A stretch of 64,000 nucleotides of DNA, taken from the NCBI GenBank assembly GCA_012295275.1, contig CM022665.1, positions 2,294,001 through 2,358,000 of the forward strand, read 5' to 3'. The translations under genes and the position numbers were made by a program. Of this stretch, positions 1-15,077 are shown piece after piece (the stretch's first letter is position 1; every line of letters begins with the position of its first letter). Origin of the DNA: Chrysomallon squamiferum (lineage: Eukaryota; Animalia; Mollusca). The notes under the pieces are model-generated. The model had not been told where the DNA came from and did not search any database. It saw only the letters and a list, made by a program, of their open reading frames with translations.

Positions 1-1559
1 TAAATACTTACAAGTTTTTTTATTTGTCACTAGCAACAAATCTTTTCTGAAAAAAATTAGTCTTTTGAGGGCACACTGAAACTGATATTTAACATTTTTC
101 AAAACGCCATCTTGTAAAGTTGCCTCAGTTTTTAATGGATTTGTTTTGCTGGGTTTTTTTTTTCTTCTTCTTTTCTGTTTTTTTTAAATTATATTTCTGT
201 GTACTAAGTGGTGTCATGTTTCCCTGTATGCTTATAAGTTTGTTATATTATTGTCGTACTTTATTATTAGCAAAGATCCAGAAACAAATAAAACATTTAT
301 AAGGAAGAATATAAAATGCACTTAGGCTATTTGTTTGAATCATTGAATATTTATCTGAATAAAATCTATTATTTACAAACATAATTCTCATGTTAAGAAT
401 GGAAACAAAGGACCAGCAGTTGTTTCCATTTATAAAATAAAATATAAAATTAGCAAAAATGACATTTCTAATGCAATTTAATTCATATTTGCTTCTGATA
501 AAAACAAACCGTAACCTAGGAAGTGTATATGACTGTCATCCCAACATGCATATAAATATTCAGAATCTTCAGATATATATAAATAAATATGACATGTTAC
601 AAGTATCACACAAAAAATGCGTTAGCTCCCAACAACCTTAAAATAAACCCTAACCAAGGGATTATATATAATGGTCCCACTGACATGCATATAAATTATA
701 TAATGTGTAGAATCTTCACGTATTTATACATTAATAACAGACTATGTCACATACATCTACACTGCAACTTAAAATAAACACATATTAAAAACACCCTTAC
801 AGACAAAAGGTTAAATCTGATAAAACCTTGCTTAAAATAATTTAAAATCTGCTGTTTACATTTGTTTTAATGTATAACAGTTTAATAAATTAGTTGATGA
901 GTAAATATTAAGAAGCTATATGTCAAAATAAAAAAATCACTATGGGCAGTGGTTATATGATTGTCTTTAAACTTATTCCAGTTCAATCTACTGAAAGTAA
1001 AATGACTAGAATAATTATGCCAAACAGATTAATTAAAGAAAAACAGTTCAGTTAATAATTTCTGATTTATATTTATCATTATAATATGGTCAACATAAAG
1101 TATTCATAAGTTTTTACTAAGTTAACAGAACCACAAATTTGTAAATTAAAAAAAAAAAAATAATAATAATAATAATAACAGTGCACTTTATCCATTAATT
1201 TACCATTCACATACAGATTTTAGTGAGTATATAAATAACTGTAAGAATTTTTTTTTTTTTTTTTTTTATGAAGTGGTTCATATCTGAATTTACGAAAAAA
1301 GAAACTTGAAATGCTAGCATTCCTTTAAAAGGAATAGTGCGTGTACCATCTTTTCTGTTTGACAATGCAGTGAAAGTTAATGTCTACAATTTACTTCATC
1401 TCTAGCAACATCATTTGAAGCAGAAACCTCAGTGTGATAATCCAGTAGGGTCCAAACTGAACTAAAGGGAAATCTTTTGATATCCCTAATACCAAGCACT
1501 AACGTGTTTTAGGTAGCTTCAATAACTTACAATATACATTTATGCAAAGTTTCACTAAA

Positions 1560-2735
1560 CAGAAGATTCTGCAGTGCATTTCCTTCAAATATTTCTTAAT
1601 GATGGAACTGAAGCAAAATGAAAGGGGAAACCTTGACAGACAATGAAAATGTCAATCACTGTGTAAGACAAAAATCTGAAGACATGTTGGAAATTCAGGG
1701 AAAGCTAGATTTAAAGAATACATGTGGAAGAAGAAACATGTTTTAAGTTGGGATCCTCAGTAGCTGAAAACAAGAGATCAGTTTAGAAGGTGTAAGGGCA
1801 GATAAATGCACATCATTATTTATCTAACTTGAACAACTGTCACTCTGAAGAAACACTTCTATCTGCATTTCTGATCATACTGCAGTAAACACACAACATG
1901 TCTGTTAATCTATTAACTTGAAATACTGGGGTACTTGGAGGCAGCAACATCAACAGAAGCCTTATGTTAGTGGAGATCTGTTGTCATCAAGAATGGTATG
2001 TTCAGGCTAAGAAACTTGTAACATTTTATTGATGTCACATATATCCCAAAATGAACTTGTCATGTGAACCAAGTCAGATTTTTCACTGATGCCAATGTGA
2101 ATGCTTCTACCAAGCTCACATTTGAAAGAGTCTCAGTAAAAACTGTTTCATTTTGTATCAACATAGCTGCCGAACTAAGAAGAAATTAAGAAATCTGATG
2201 AAATTGAGAAATACGCTTAAGCAAAAACATGAAACAGTTGTAGAAAGATACTGAAAAATAGATGAAGTCAGTTATATCAGTGTCTGGAAAGATTTGCCCC
2301 AACATTATGCAGACTACTCTTGATTCAAAGCAATGATGAGTTTTACAAAGTCAAGCACTTAAACACTGACAATGACTATGACTATTACAGAAACTAACCT
2401 CACACACAATATCCCTGATTATTAAATCTTCCTTCAGCTTCAAAATAAAAATAATCCTGTCAATATCAATATGATAATCTACATGCCATATGAATGTTTA
2501 CTTCTGTTGGTGACACAGAAATGGTCTAATCTTCATCACCACTGATCTGTTGTTTTCATATGGCATCAGAATTCACTGTGTAGCAAGGATTTCAAGAATA
2601 CTGATTGTTTTTCTCACACTGACATTCAAAAAAGTTTATGTCATAGATATTCAAAGTATGCATCATCACATCAGGGACTACTACACATCAAGTTTATGAA
2701 ACATCCAATACGAAGTGATGAAGTGTTTTATAAAC
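1560..2735 (+). mobile_element. Heavily decayed tyrosine-recombinase (Crypton/DUF3504-like) DNA transposon remnant
   Basis: Intron-less, less AT-rich stretch with broken frames. Fragments appear in the order expected for Crypton recombinases: NINRSL (~1945), EFYKVKHLNTDND (~2338), NNPVNINMI (~2450), YGIRIH (~2560, HxxR-like) and FSHTDIQK..DIQSMHHHI (~2610-2670, resembling the 'I..VTGH....S...Y' C-terminal box). Many stops and frameshifts; matched by eye only. Confidence 0.35.
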
Positions 2736-2949
2736 ATTGTTCCTAATCATCACAAAATAACTGTTTACTGTGATATTTAATAAACTTTGTCAAAAGACAA
2801 TTTAAACAATACAAAAAATATATATATATATCAAAGTGCCTGCTGCAGCCTGTTCTATACCTGGTTATATGTACTTTAACAAAATAATAAATCTGGCCCA
2901 TCACATGAGAATAAATATCTATCAATTTTGTCAGTAAATCAAAGCTATA

Positions 2950-2951
<2 letters not shown>

Positions 2952-2993
<42 letters not shown>

Positions 2994-3036
2994 ATATATA
3001 ATATATAATATATATATTATATATATATATATATAT
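2952..3036. repeat. (TG)n plus (TA)n compound microsatellite
   Basis: Directly visible. Similar tracts at 3817-3871, 9973-10042, 28853-28906 (GA)n, 31586-31631, 45691-45743 (AAT)n and 52054-52100 (TA)n. Confidence 0.95.
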
Positions 3037-3677
3037 AAACCATTTTAAACAAAGTATCAAATGGAAAATATTTAAAGGCCTGATTTGGTGTGACAGGTCA
3101 CAAACATGAAAGCACTGTGACTTTTAATCTCAGCATGGTTACAGTGAGAATCATCTAATTATTATTATTATTATTATTATTATTATGTTGTTTAGTTAAT
3201 TTCATTTTCAAATGGTTTTACTGTGCAGAAAAAAAAAAATTTGACTTGATCTATATTAGCAAGAATCACAGACAGCAAGAAAGAGTGAGTGACATTTTAA
3301 ATACTTAAATACTCAAATACATTTATCATCCGTTGTGATTTATTAATATTTTATTTACAACACATATACTATTAAAATTAGATGTTTCCCACAAGGAACG
3401 ACATATTCATCACCAAAGACATAATAAATAAATTGTTTGTTTTGGGGTTTTTTTCATCAAAATCTTATAGAGTTATAATAAAGCATTAAATAAATAAATG
3501 TGTATGTTTATAAGAAAATATAAACATGCATGAATATTTTTTATCTGTAATGGTGTACATTCTCCACTCCCTGTTCTAACTGATCACTGCTAAACAGGTT
3601 TATCAATCTTTGTGATCAGGTCACAGCCGTAGACAAGGAAAAATGGAACTGGTTTGGCTAACTGGAAGGAACCCAGG

Positions 3678-3813
3678 TTATGTTGGTAACCACACATCAT
3701 TGACATTGTCACTGAGTTCTTCAACACCTTTCAGAGCCCGGTAACTTCCAATATAGAACACCAGATCTGACGTGACAAGTCTGAAAAACAAAATAACATG
3801 TAATTTAAAATAC

Positions 3814-3854
<41 letters not shown>

Positions 3855-6800
3855 TGCGTGCGTGCGTGTGTGCTTGTTTTACACTAGCAAAGACAACCGA
3901 AAACTCAAAACAATGTTTTAAACTGTATGTTGTTGTTGTTGTTGTTGTTTTTTCAGTATATTATAGAAGTAAAAACGTTTTTGGGGTTTATTTAAAACCT
4001 TTAATTTAATCCTTTTTTGAGTGTTTTTAATATTTTAAATTAAAATAATAGCAATAAAAACTGTATTTTACTTATTATCATGGCCTTACATATTACAATA
4101 AAAAAGTAATTTATTTTGAATGTTTTGCTAATGTTTTAAACAAATAAGAAAATAGTAATAAACACAAATGTTACAGTATTAACAGATATAATAATTTTTC
4201 AAATATATTTTAGCTCACCCATGTTGAGGTCCACCATCATTTGTAACACCAAGAGTGGAAAGTTTTCTTCCTAAAATAGCCTTGAAGGAGCAATCAATTC
4301 TAACAAATATGTCCTGAAAAAAGAAAAAAAAACACACAAAAAATGAGTTTATAAAATTATTTTAAATATAAACCTAAATCAACTTAACCATATTTTTAAG
4401 AATGACTAAAAAAATCCCATTTTCAATTTAAATTACATAAGATAATTCTACAGATTTTTAATACAATTTTATTAACCAGTATTGTATAATTCCTAAGCTG
4501 TAGATATGACAAAAAAAACACCAGTAAATCTGCAACTGCAATCATTAAAAGATAAAGAAACCTACTTTAAAATAATTTGTCTATGACAAATATTCAGGAT
4601 GTTATCAATATTTATGTAACGTCTATTAAAGGTAATTACATATAACAATAGGGAGAGCCATTTATCAAGAGTTAATTTGATTAAATGTGACAATCTTCTT
4701 AATACAATGAAATGTGCTCTGGGTCCATTCATAATCTCAGAAATATTAATTAAAAATATCAATATCAAAGTACATAATTTTATTTGCTGTTACTGAACAT
4801 TTTGCTTCATTTTTTTTTAAAAGGTTTCAGAATTTCAAATCACTTTCTGTACCACATTGAACCTCAAAATTCGATCTCATTAGTTAACACATTTATATAA
4901 GCAAATATTATTTTGCAGTTAAATAAATTTTCTTTCTCAACAGTATTTCTGGGTATGGTGCCGTGGAACTGAACAAAACAAACTTCTGTTATTTAATGTC
5001 TACTGATGTGGCTATGACAGAACAAACAAAATCTGCAGCAAGTACAAACTTTGTCAGTTTGTAATCAACAGCATCTTCATTATATGTTTTCATCTACATT
5101 CCAGTATACAACAAAATATGTCCCACCACCCTGACTTTTCAGTTTCTCCAGCTGACCACTGTCCACTGTTTTCTCTCTCAGTCATATCAGATGACCTACC
5201 ACTCTGCCATTCAAAATGACTAGGATATTCTTCTTTACACTGGCATCTAACTTCTCGTCTTCTAAAGTTATAATAATTCTGTCCATCTACTGTGGGCCAT
5301 TTTCAACTGAAGTAATTGCTTTTTAGTATCAGCTAGTTCTCTAGCTAAATCACAAGTTAGGATATGTCTCTTTAATCTTACAACCACTTTCCTTTTGATT
5401 GAGGTGTTTAATTCTGTTGGGTTGAGGAAGTTTACTTCATAGATCTTTTAGGACAGGTCAGTGTTTTTCTTTCATATCACAGAATCTTTTAAAAATAAAA
5501 GTTAACTTTTTTTCATCTTGCCTTTATATACTCTTCTCAAGGAATGTTTAATGGATGATGTTCAGTAACAGCAACTGATGTTTTGATGCATTTTGCTTCA
5601 TTAGATAGTACTGCAGGAACATCTTCCACAGAACTTGTTTCAACCAATCCACTGAATTCCTGAGGAGTATCAGAACTAACAACCTTGTCTGTGAAACACA
5701 CTGTGAAGACTTCATATGTTCCTAATGTTTCACCAACTAACAATCACAGATCATTGTTGGTACATGATACCCTCAGTTTTACCTTCACTGGTTCAGTGAA
5801 CCGTGCTTACAAATCATTTGTTTTCAACATACATCAACAGAACATGTCCTACTCTCAGTTCACTGAGTAAAATGATCAATTAATAATGATGTCACTTACT
5901 TTAACCTGCTGGGTAGGTAGAACATCGATCAGAGCTTCGTGCAGTTTGGCGATTTGTTTACATATTGATCTAAAACATATTGACGGCACTGGAGCCTTTA
6001 CTTCGTACTGAAATCAAAGCAAAAATATTTTAATTCTGATCACCTTGTTTTTGTAACTTTTTATCTCCATTTATATCAGTCTCTTTTGAGTCTTTGTTTA
6101 TTACTACTATACTAGATGATGATATTTGTAATTGTATACATATAGTCAGTCAGGAGTTTAAGTAGTTGCCAGATCTCTTGAAACACTTTAGGTTAAAACT
6201 AAACTAAAACCATTTTATGAAACCATAATCCAATGGTCGATATCCTTTAACTTAAAAATCAGTTTTCAATTACATCTACTTGATAACATAAATAATAACA
6301 TATATAGCTGTACACAGCAATAAACACAACTGTTTACCTTAGACAGCAATGGTTCCATCATGTTGTCCATAATACTAACAAGTTTGTTTGAGATTTCATC
6401 AATGTGGTTATTATAATCCTGAAATAAAATATTTTGACATTATCTATATTCCCTAACTGTTCAAATATTTTTAGAACTGACACAGAAAAAATTACATTTG
6501 TTTATTATTATAAAAGAATAATTCTTAAGAAATGTTTCCAAGTGATGCAGTTTTCTTCTCTTCAATTTAACTCCTTCAGTTCTTAAATGCTGCTATTTCC
6601 ACCTCATTAAGGAATGAATAACTGCATTTTACACACCTGTTTGTCTATGTGTATGATTAAAAAAAACTCACCTTGACAATCTGGCCCAGGTGTTTCATCA
6701 TGTTTTGGTTTCTGGTTGGCAACATTTTTTCAAAATGGGCCTGTACTCGAGGCATGAAATGAACAACGAGCTGGAGAGCGCGAGATGCCAAGGCTGTCAT

Positions 6801-9800
6801 GAAACACAACACACAGAAAATGTTACTACAGTTCTTCTTCGCCAATTTATAAATTAGTAAAGTTAAAAGAAAGCTGAAGCTCTTGTATGTTTTTTCCACA
6901 TATATACATTTAGTTAGAATACAGATCTTTAAACTGTCTCTTAAAATTCAGTTACGTATAATACATAATGTGACCAGCTAATGAAATCTACTGTGCAACA
7001 TTAAATCCATCTTTACACTACAGGAAATTCTTGTCACAAATAAAACTCAATCTGCAAAAACAAAAAATGTATTACTGTCCAGTCAATAGTGGTTAACCCC
7101 AAAATAAAAATTTGTTCTGAAACAAAGTAGTAACAAATTATATGAGATAAACCAAAAAAGAAAAAAAAGAAAAAGAAGAAGAAAAAAACAGATTAGAAGA
7201 TATTTAAATACATCTGCATTCTTTACAATCCTAAAGTTGTGGGAATAAATAATTTACACAAAAAAAGGACTAAATGTATCGTTATTTGTAAAAAGATACA
7301 AAAAGAAATTACCCAGTGTTCTTGTTGTAATTTTCTTTAGTCCAACTAACTGCAGTGCTCCAGCTCCTAATACCAACTGACACGTCCGAGAATTAAATGT
7401 CTACAAAAATATAAAACAACATTAACCAGCTAGAGTGTAAGTTCAGTACATGTATAAATGATTTTAAAATACTTTAGTTATCAACATCTTACTAGTAAAG
7501 TACGAAAAATAAAACAACAAACTTTGGCGGATACAAGATGCTTTCTTTTGATGTGACATGACAACATAAACAGAAATATAAAAAAAACACAAGTTGTATA
7601 GAGGAGCTGTATATTAACTTCATTAGGAGCACTTTGCATGTTATATTTCTCACAAGAAAATCAAAAGACAAAAAAAACAAATAAAAAATCCTTAATTTTA
7701 CTAATGAAATCTGGATTCTCTTCAACAGAAGATAAAAATTGAATGTCATTAGTATTACAGTTTTCTTTCCAGAACAAATACAGTACAAATCAAACTGTAC
7801 CTTGAGCAAGTCAATAAGTCTGGTAAGGAGATCAGGAGCCGCTGTGGGTATGTCGTTAAGACACTGGCAATACTCTACAATCATCTTCAACAACAACAGC
7901 ACAGTTCTAAAACAGTAACAAATTTTACGTAACAAAATAATTCATAAAAAATGAAAAATGAAAAACAAATTACTCACTGTTTTTATATTTTATTTCATTT
8001 TTAACACTGGAATGCAAAGTGGCCAAAATATTACAATCAGATGTTGATAATATAACAAAAGTGTATTATGGTAATAAACCTTTAATTGAAAATTTGAGCA
8101 AATGAAAAATATCCTAGTTTATTTAATATCAACCAAATACAATGAATACACACCACAAATAATAACATTTAAGATGGAAAATTTTACCATTAATCAGTAA
8201 CTAATACATGAATTTAATTAATCAATAAGCTTTCCAATACTTTTCACAACACCAACAAATACCAGGATGATAATTAATACATATTAACATGTAGATATAT
8301 TACTAACCCAACAACAGCAAACTGTTCACCATCAACTACAATATATTCAGCTGGTCGACGATCTGAAATAAAAAGAAAAGATATTTACATTACCTCTATT
8401 TACATTAAATATTTACTCATTATATCAAAACCATATCCATCATCTTTAGTTAACCAGTGATAATTGTTTTATTTCACATGAATTTGTGTTAGAATAACTA
8501 TATTTGTGTCAACTGTATGTCAGTAAATAGGTGTACATGTAAAACCAAATTGTTTTTCATATTAAATTCCAGATTTTATTTTTATGACAGAGAACTCAAT
8601 ATTTCACAGAACAGTCCTTGTCACTAAATTAACAAACCTGAATCTACTCTTCTTTCAGGTAATGACAAAGTATCTGAAATACAAATACTTATTTTGTCAC
8701 ATTTGTAATATACTTTATACACATTAATACATCACTAAATTAATGCAAGTGGCCAAGGTCAGATTAAATTAATGAGTGAGGCTGCATGATAGATTATTAT
8801 TTCCCGTATTATTACTTTATTTGACAATTAATCATTTCGTAAAATTCACATAGTTGAAAAATAATTTGTTAAGTATTATACAAGTTACTTTGTCCTTGAA
8901 ACCTGGGCAAATTGTTTTCATGCAGTTTCATGGAGGCTTGATTTGGAGTCTTTACACTTGGGTGATAAAAAACGTACAGATTTAATTATGTGAGTTTCAT
9001 CACCTTTCCTGTTAATAAAACGTTCATTAGCAAAGTAACTGATATTTGTTTTAACTGAATTATGTAAAGACGAAATGTGATATTATATTATTAATTGTTC
9101 AATAACACTGACTCTGATTTATCACATCAGTATTATGATCCCATTCTTTCTGCGATTTTTCCATTTTTCTTACCATGTTTTATTTTGTTTGTTGAACATA
9201 CATTCCTTAAAACAACACTTTAAAAATAACAAGTCTACAGTTCTTCAGAAAACTTATTTAAAGTAGTGGTTGTATTATTCAGTAATAAAAATAATAGTAA
9301 GAAAATAAACTGGGTGTTATTCATTTAGTCCTGATGTTCATAACTAAGATAAAAAAAATTAAAAATTAAATATTGTAAAAATTTCATTTATCAGGGTTCA
9401 GTGTCTACCTGATCGTGATATATGATCAACAAGCTCCTGAAACTCAGTAGGTACATCAGCTTGCTTCCACCTCTCATTGTCTAGAATAAGACTAAAATGA
9501 GAAACATACTTAATAATTTAATATAATAAATCAAATATTAGTATCAATTGTATAAAAATCAATGCACAACTTGAAAGAGACGTATAACTGATGGAAAATA
9601 CCATATCTGTACATAATGAATAATTTTACTTCTACTGCATAGTTCTGTGTCTCTCAATATAAATTTTTACTTCAGCCTGTGATAAAAGATAATATAATTT
9701 TGTTCATAAAAACTATCAAAATCTATTAAATTTAAAATTAACAGAATGCAAAACTAACTGTTCATTGGTTTAACAAAAATGAAAAATAAAAACAATCCAT

Positions 9801-10001
9801 AACAAATCTTACCTCAGTTTTTGTTTTCTTTCTTCATGAAACCTTGCAACAAACTTATTGGCCTGACAAAATAATACACAAAGCAAATGTTAATATTGAA
9901 ATTTTTTAATTGTTTGCTTTAAACAAACAATGCTTTTATAATGATCATAATTATTTCAATATTCTAAAGATCATATATATATATATACACAAACACACTC
10001 A

Positions 10002-10046
<45 letters not shown>

Positions 10047-13000
10047 ATACATGTTTGAGAACAGTTCCAAATTAGTCAAACTGCAACAAATTAACATACT
10101 GAAATGTGTATGACAGTGTTAGTGTACTGTGCAAAAGTTCCAGTGTTTTGTTGTTTACTGAAAATACCTGATTCTGAAGACTTCCTCTAAGTGACATACT
10201 CCTTCTACCACAAATAGTCTCACAGTCCGAGACAAAAGTCTCCACTTCTCTACACAGCGACACAAACTCAGATGATGAAAGCCTTTCCAAGAATCCATCC
10301 TAACAACAACAACAACGTTTGCAATCACAAATCTCATTAAAACTGACAGTAAAACATTCTCAACAGGTCTTGTATTTCAGATGTTTTGTAAATGCTAGAG
10401 CTCAGTGCATGGTTAACTAGCTGATAGAACGTACACATTAAACAAGCTGGACAGACGAGTAAAAAAAATACCTATACTTTTAAAACACTAGACCAACATA
10501 ATATGTTTAATTCAAATACAGATTAAAGCACTTTGTAACAAATCACAAATGATTTTTATGAAATCTTCAATTAACAAAACTGAACAGAAATATGAGGTGT
10601 TCTACCGCTAATCTTTTTTTTTTTTTATTCTTACCTTGGCTCTGGCCACCACAACTTTGACAATTCTGTCATGGGCATTATCACAGATACTACACAACAT
10701 CTCCTTCAGTGCTGTGCTCAGTCGAATATAATTGGACTCTGTTATCACTACATCAACATCATCACTCCTGTACAAAACAATGTTACAGTTAAACATTAGA
10801 AATGTCTGACAGTTATATTTGACATATTTTGACTTTTTACATTAAGTTTCTCAAGTAATATATCAGACTTTCAAAGTAAAAATTCCAAACATTCTAGATG
10901 ATTGTCTTTAAACTTTATAGTATTTATATGTGTGTAGTGAAAGTATAACAATATTAATCTAGGTCATCCAAACTAAATATTATAATATAATTAATGATAC
11001 TTACACTGAGGTACTAAGATGGATTGGTTCTTCCAGAGAATTCTGACCTTCATGAGCTGGAGAAGAAATAGGAGATGGAACTTTGGTTCGACCAGCTGCT
11101 ATTCCTATCACATCACTTACAATGCCATGGAATGCCTGCAAGAAAAAATTTCAAATTCTTTTAACAGTCTGATAAAAAAAAGCAGGATAAGCTGTTCTGA
11201 CTAAAGGATTTTATCTTAATACACTCCATTTTTCTTATCTATTCTAGTAAAGCTTTGTTTATAAATGTTTAATAAAAACACATTTAATTTAAAATCAGGT
11301 TTATCAGAAGGAAAAACTCAACACCTGAAACACAGGTATCTGGCACAGTTTCCTCTAAAATAATTTATAAAATTATATTTATGTCAAATAAATATATAGT
11401 AACAATACAGCTTTTTTTAAAAATCAGTGTTTTCAACTGTCTGTGCTTAATAAGATACTCTACCTGTGCTCTCTTCAGAAGTATCATCACATTGAGGAAG
11501 ATACATTTGAGCAGATTCATCCACTGATCATAGTTGAGTAGTCGCATTTGATCAGCCAGACTGGAAAACAGAAATTAAAATCTAATTACTTTAGTGTTTA
11601 CAGCTCAAGTGGTCTCACAATGACTTGACACATGACTGATCTATATTTGGAAACATAAATGTTATGGTTGAAATGTTCTCAAACTACATTTAAGTTGCTT
11701 GCAAGAAGCTGGTGTGATAACAGCCTTTAATCTGTATCTCGTTATAAAAACACAAAGACTTTGGTATTGATTTAGTTGGTAGGTGATAAACTGAAAATCA
11801 ATTAATGGCTTTGATCTTTACCTGCCCACATTTCCTTCTGTTGATATATCATCTGCTGCTGAGACAGCTTCTACTACTGTCTGGAAATAAAAATAAATCT
11901 CTCTTGAATATAATACTCTATGTATAATAATCACTACTTTAATGAGCAAACAATTAACAGAAAATCTTCAGCAAATCAATTTATTAAAAAAATGTTTGCA
12001 CTATTCAGAATTGAAAATAAATTTAAAAAAAAATTAAAAAATAGAAATTTAAAAAAAAAAAAATGTTTTTGGTTGTGTGTTGTTTTATTTTTGGGGGGTA
12101 GGGGGGTTGTTCTGTTTTTAGGGTGTCCAGAAATGAAAAACTATTCTCTGTAAAATATTTTTCAAACCATGATTCAAAAGGATTAAGGCATTTTAAATCT
12201 TTCATACTACTGTTCAGTTATTTCTTTCAAAAAAGTAAATAACTAAATAAAAAGTAAATAAATAATAAAATTATATATAATATTAAAGTCTTCAAGAACC
12301 TTTGATAAATATGATACCTGTTTTATTACTGCTTTCAGTGCAGTAAAAGCCTCTTCTCTGTATACATCAACAAAGTTGAGTTTGTCTTGCCGCAACAAAC
12401 CAAATATTATAGACACCAATCTTTCCTGAAACAAAGAAGTAAAATATCTAGGTACAGCATTCAACTTGAGGGTGAAGAAAAACCCATTATTAGTAGTTAA
12501 GGATAATAAAAGAAATGATTATTATATATTTATTGAAAAACCCAATACACTATACCTCTTGCATTAAGATTTCTAAATCTGTGAATGGACGATTCAGTTC
12601 AGATGTAACATATTTGGAAAAGTCAGCCTGCAGCATTTTCTCTATCAGTTTCTCTAACTCAGCTAGCTGAGAACCTAAATGTCTGTTATAAAATAAAATT
12701 TAAAAAAGAAACATTTTTTTTAGAAATAATAATAATCATCTGATGTCAAAAACAACACAAAATAAAGACGTAACTGGTTTAATTAAAAATGAACAGTGCA
12801 TGAAAAAGTAAATGAAAACAAAGATGAAGATTTGGAATTTTAAAATATTATTTTTATGTATAATGTTTAAAAAGGAACAGATTAAAACAAAATGTTTTTT
12901 CTATCAGTTCACAGATTAAATGTCTAATTCTTAAACTGGTATCATAAAAAGTATCACATGTACCTTTTTTAAATACTTTTTAGTAAATTACATACTAATA

Positions 13001-15035
13001 CACAATACATTAATAGTGTATAGTTAAAATTTAATCTAATAAGAAAACAGCTTTTGAATTATGTTTTTATATCATCATCCATTTTTCTGAAAAACAATTG
13101 CTAACTTTTTCTCCAGCAGATACCAAGCATTATACAATTGATTCAGTAACAAAATATTCAAACCTAAAGGAATGTAAGCCTGCCAGTTCTTGAGAAAGGA
13201 TTTCCTGTGAAGTTGAAATCAAATCTAGAGCTCCCACAAAGTCACTGTTTGATAACAACAGCTGTATTGTGGGCTGTGTCTGATGGATTGTAGACATCAG
13301 TTTCAACTGAAAAAAACACAAAAAAACCCAGAATATTAATATACAAAATAATATCAAATAAATACATTTTTGTTTAAATACACATTTTTAAATACTGGCA
13401 GTTATCAGATAGTAAACATATAATTTGTTTTTATACTGCTGGTTACTATATCAGAGAGAAAAATGTTCGTGCAAGTACTTCGTGGACGTCTTAAACATAG
13501 CTAAACTTTTACAAATCAGTTAAAATAAATAATGTAAACTAATTTTATTTTATTTTAGCAGTTTTACTATGAATTAATTCAAAAGTGTCTTACACTCATA
13601 CAGTGAGAACAACAATCTACAAACATAATTCAATGTATGATTAACTGAACCATTGTCACAATTGGGTAAATATAAATTTGGACAACAGTTATATTTTACT
13701 ATTCAGCTGTAGAGATGATACCTTATTATACAAGTGAATGCAGTTAGATCGTGTTCTGGTTCGATTCATAATTTTCAAAGGCCCAACTGCCAGTCTTGCA
13801 TCTAGAGTTTGCACTGTGTCCCTTTACAAAAATAAAATGTTTGAAAAATACATAACAAAATAAATGATACTGACGAAGAACAGAAGAATTTTTTTTTTAA
13901 ATAAAACAATATATATATATCCCTTTATACTTCCTACATAAAATTACATCATATATTTAGCTGACTCTTAAATCACGTTATACTGCCAACAATAATTTAT
14001 ATAACAAATAAAACTAAGTGATGCTAGAAAAAAGTAAAACAAATATTAAAGTCAAATCAATCAGTATTTTCAATTGCTATTTTTAATTTCACAATTTTTT
14101 TTTTTTTTTTTTACAGTAATAGAAAATTTTTTTGAATTCTGGGGGCAAAATATGTCACAGTGTTTTTTTAAACTTTAATTAAATGTTGATGTACCTGAGT
14201 TTTTTAATAGCCTGACAGGTATGCAGCAGCTGATCCTGCAGTTCGTCATGTGATGTCATGGCATGGAAGAATGCTTCGGATTTCATAGAGATCTGTTTTG
14301 CAATCTGTACCTCAACCACATCCAAATAATGACTCAACTGAAATATGAAAATTCAAACTGAATATTTCACATCAGATACTCGATCCAAGTAAAACATAAT
14401 CAACCTTCAGTCCATATTGTTTTAATACTAATCAGGACAAGTTAAGATACTGAATGTGTGAACTATTTCAAATATTTTAAAAAAATATTTTAATCTGTTA
14501 AATAACGGGTAACAGTTTTAATGTTAATACAAGAAAAATTAAATAATAACGTAACTCTTTATATATCATCTTTTTTACTGACATTAACAAATAAAATGTG
14601 TTTCATGATCATGCTTTAGCAACTAATGTTTGGTCCCAGACACTCTGAAAGGTTTCATGATTTATTTATTCTTCATACCCTCTCTTGTAGTAATTTTGAT
14701 GATGAATGTGGCTCTGTGCGACATGAAGTCCGGGACTCTTCAACTTGTGTCCATGGAAACACAGCATTAAATGTCTCAGGATTTTCCAAGTTGAAATTTG
14801 GTAACATAAATAACTGAAAAAAAAATACAACATCAATTTAAAGAAAACTATTTTGATAAATGAATGTGAGCAGAATATCAATAATATTAAAATGCCTGAA
14901 GGAAATGTATTTGGAAAACTTAACATTTTTATATGCAATGCAAAAAAGTACCAAATTATAAATCAGTCTTAAATATAAAGATCTTTTACAATTCAACTAT
15001 CCTGTCCAAAGGGGTGGACTGTAATTTATTTGATG

Positions 15036-15077
<42 letters not shown>

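Noticed and set aside
120-777. Short ORFs at the window start and the many other 60-110 aa AT-rich ORFs in the track
   Set aside because: Low-complexity F/I/Y/K or microsatellite-derived translations with no family motifs or splice support.
3618-3680. Possible stop-codon readthrough of VPS54 (open frame after TAA)
   Set aside because: TAA is a strong stop, the extension is short, and the protein already ends where VPS54 homologues do.
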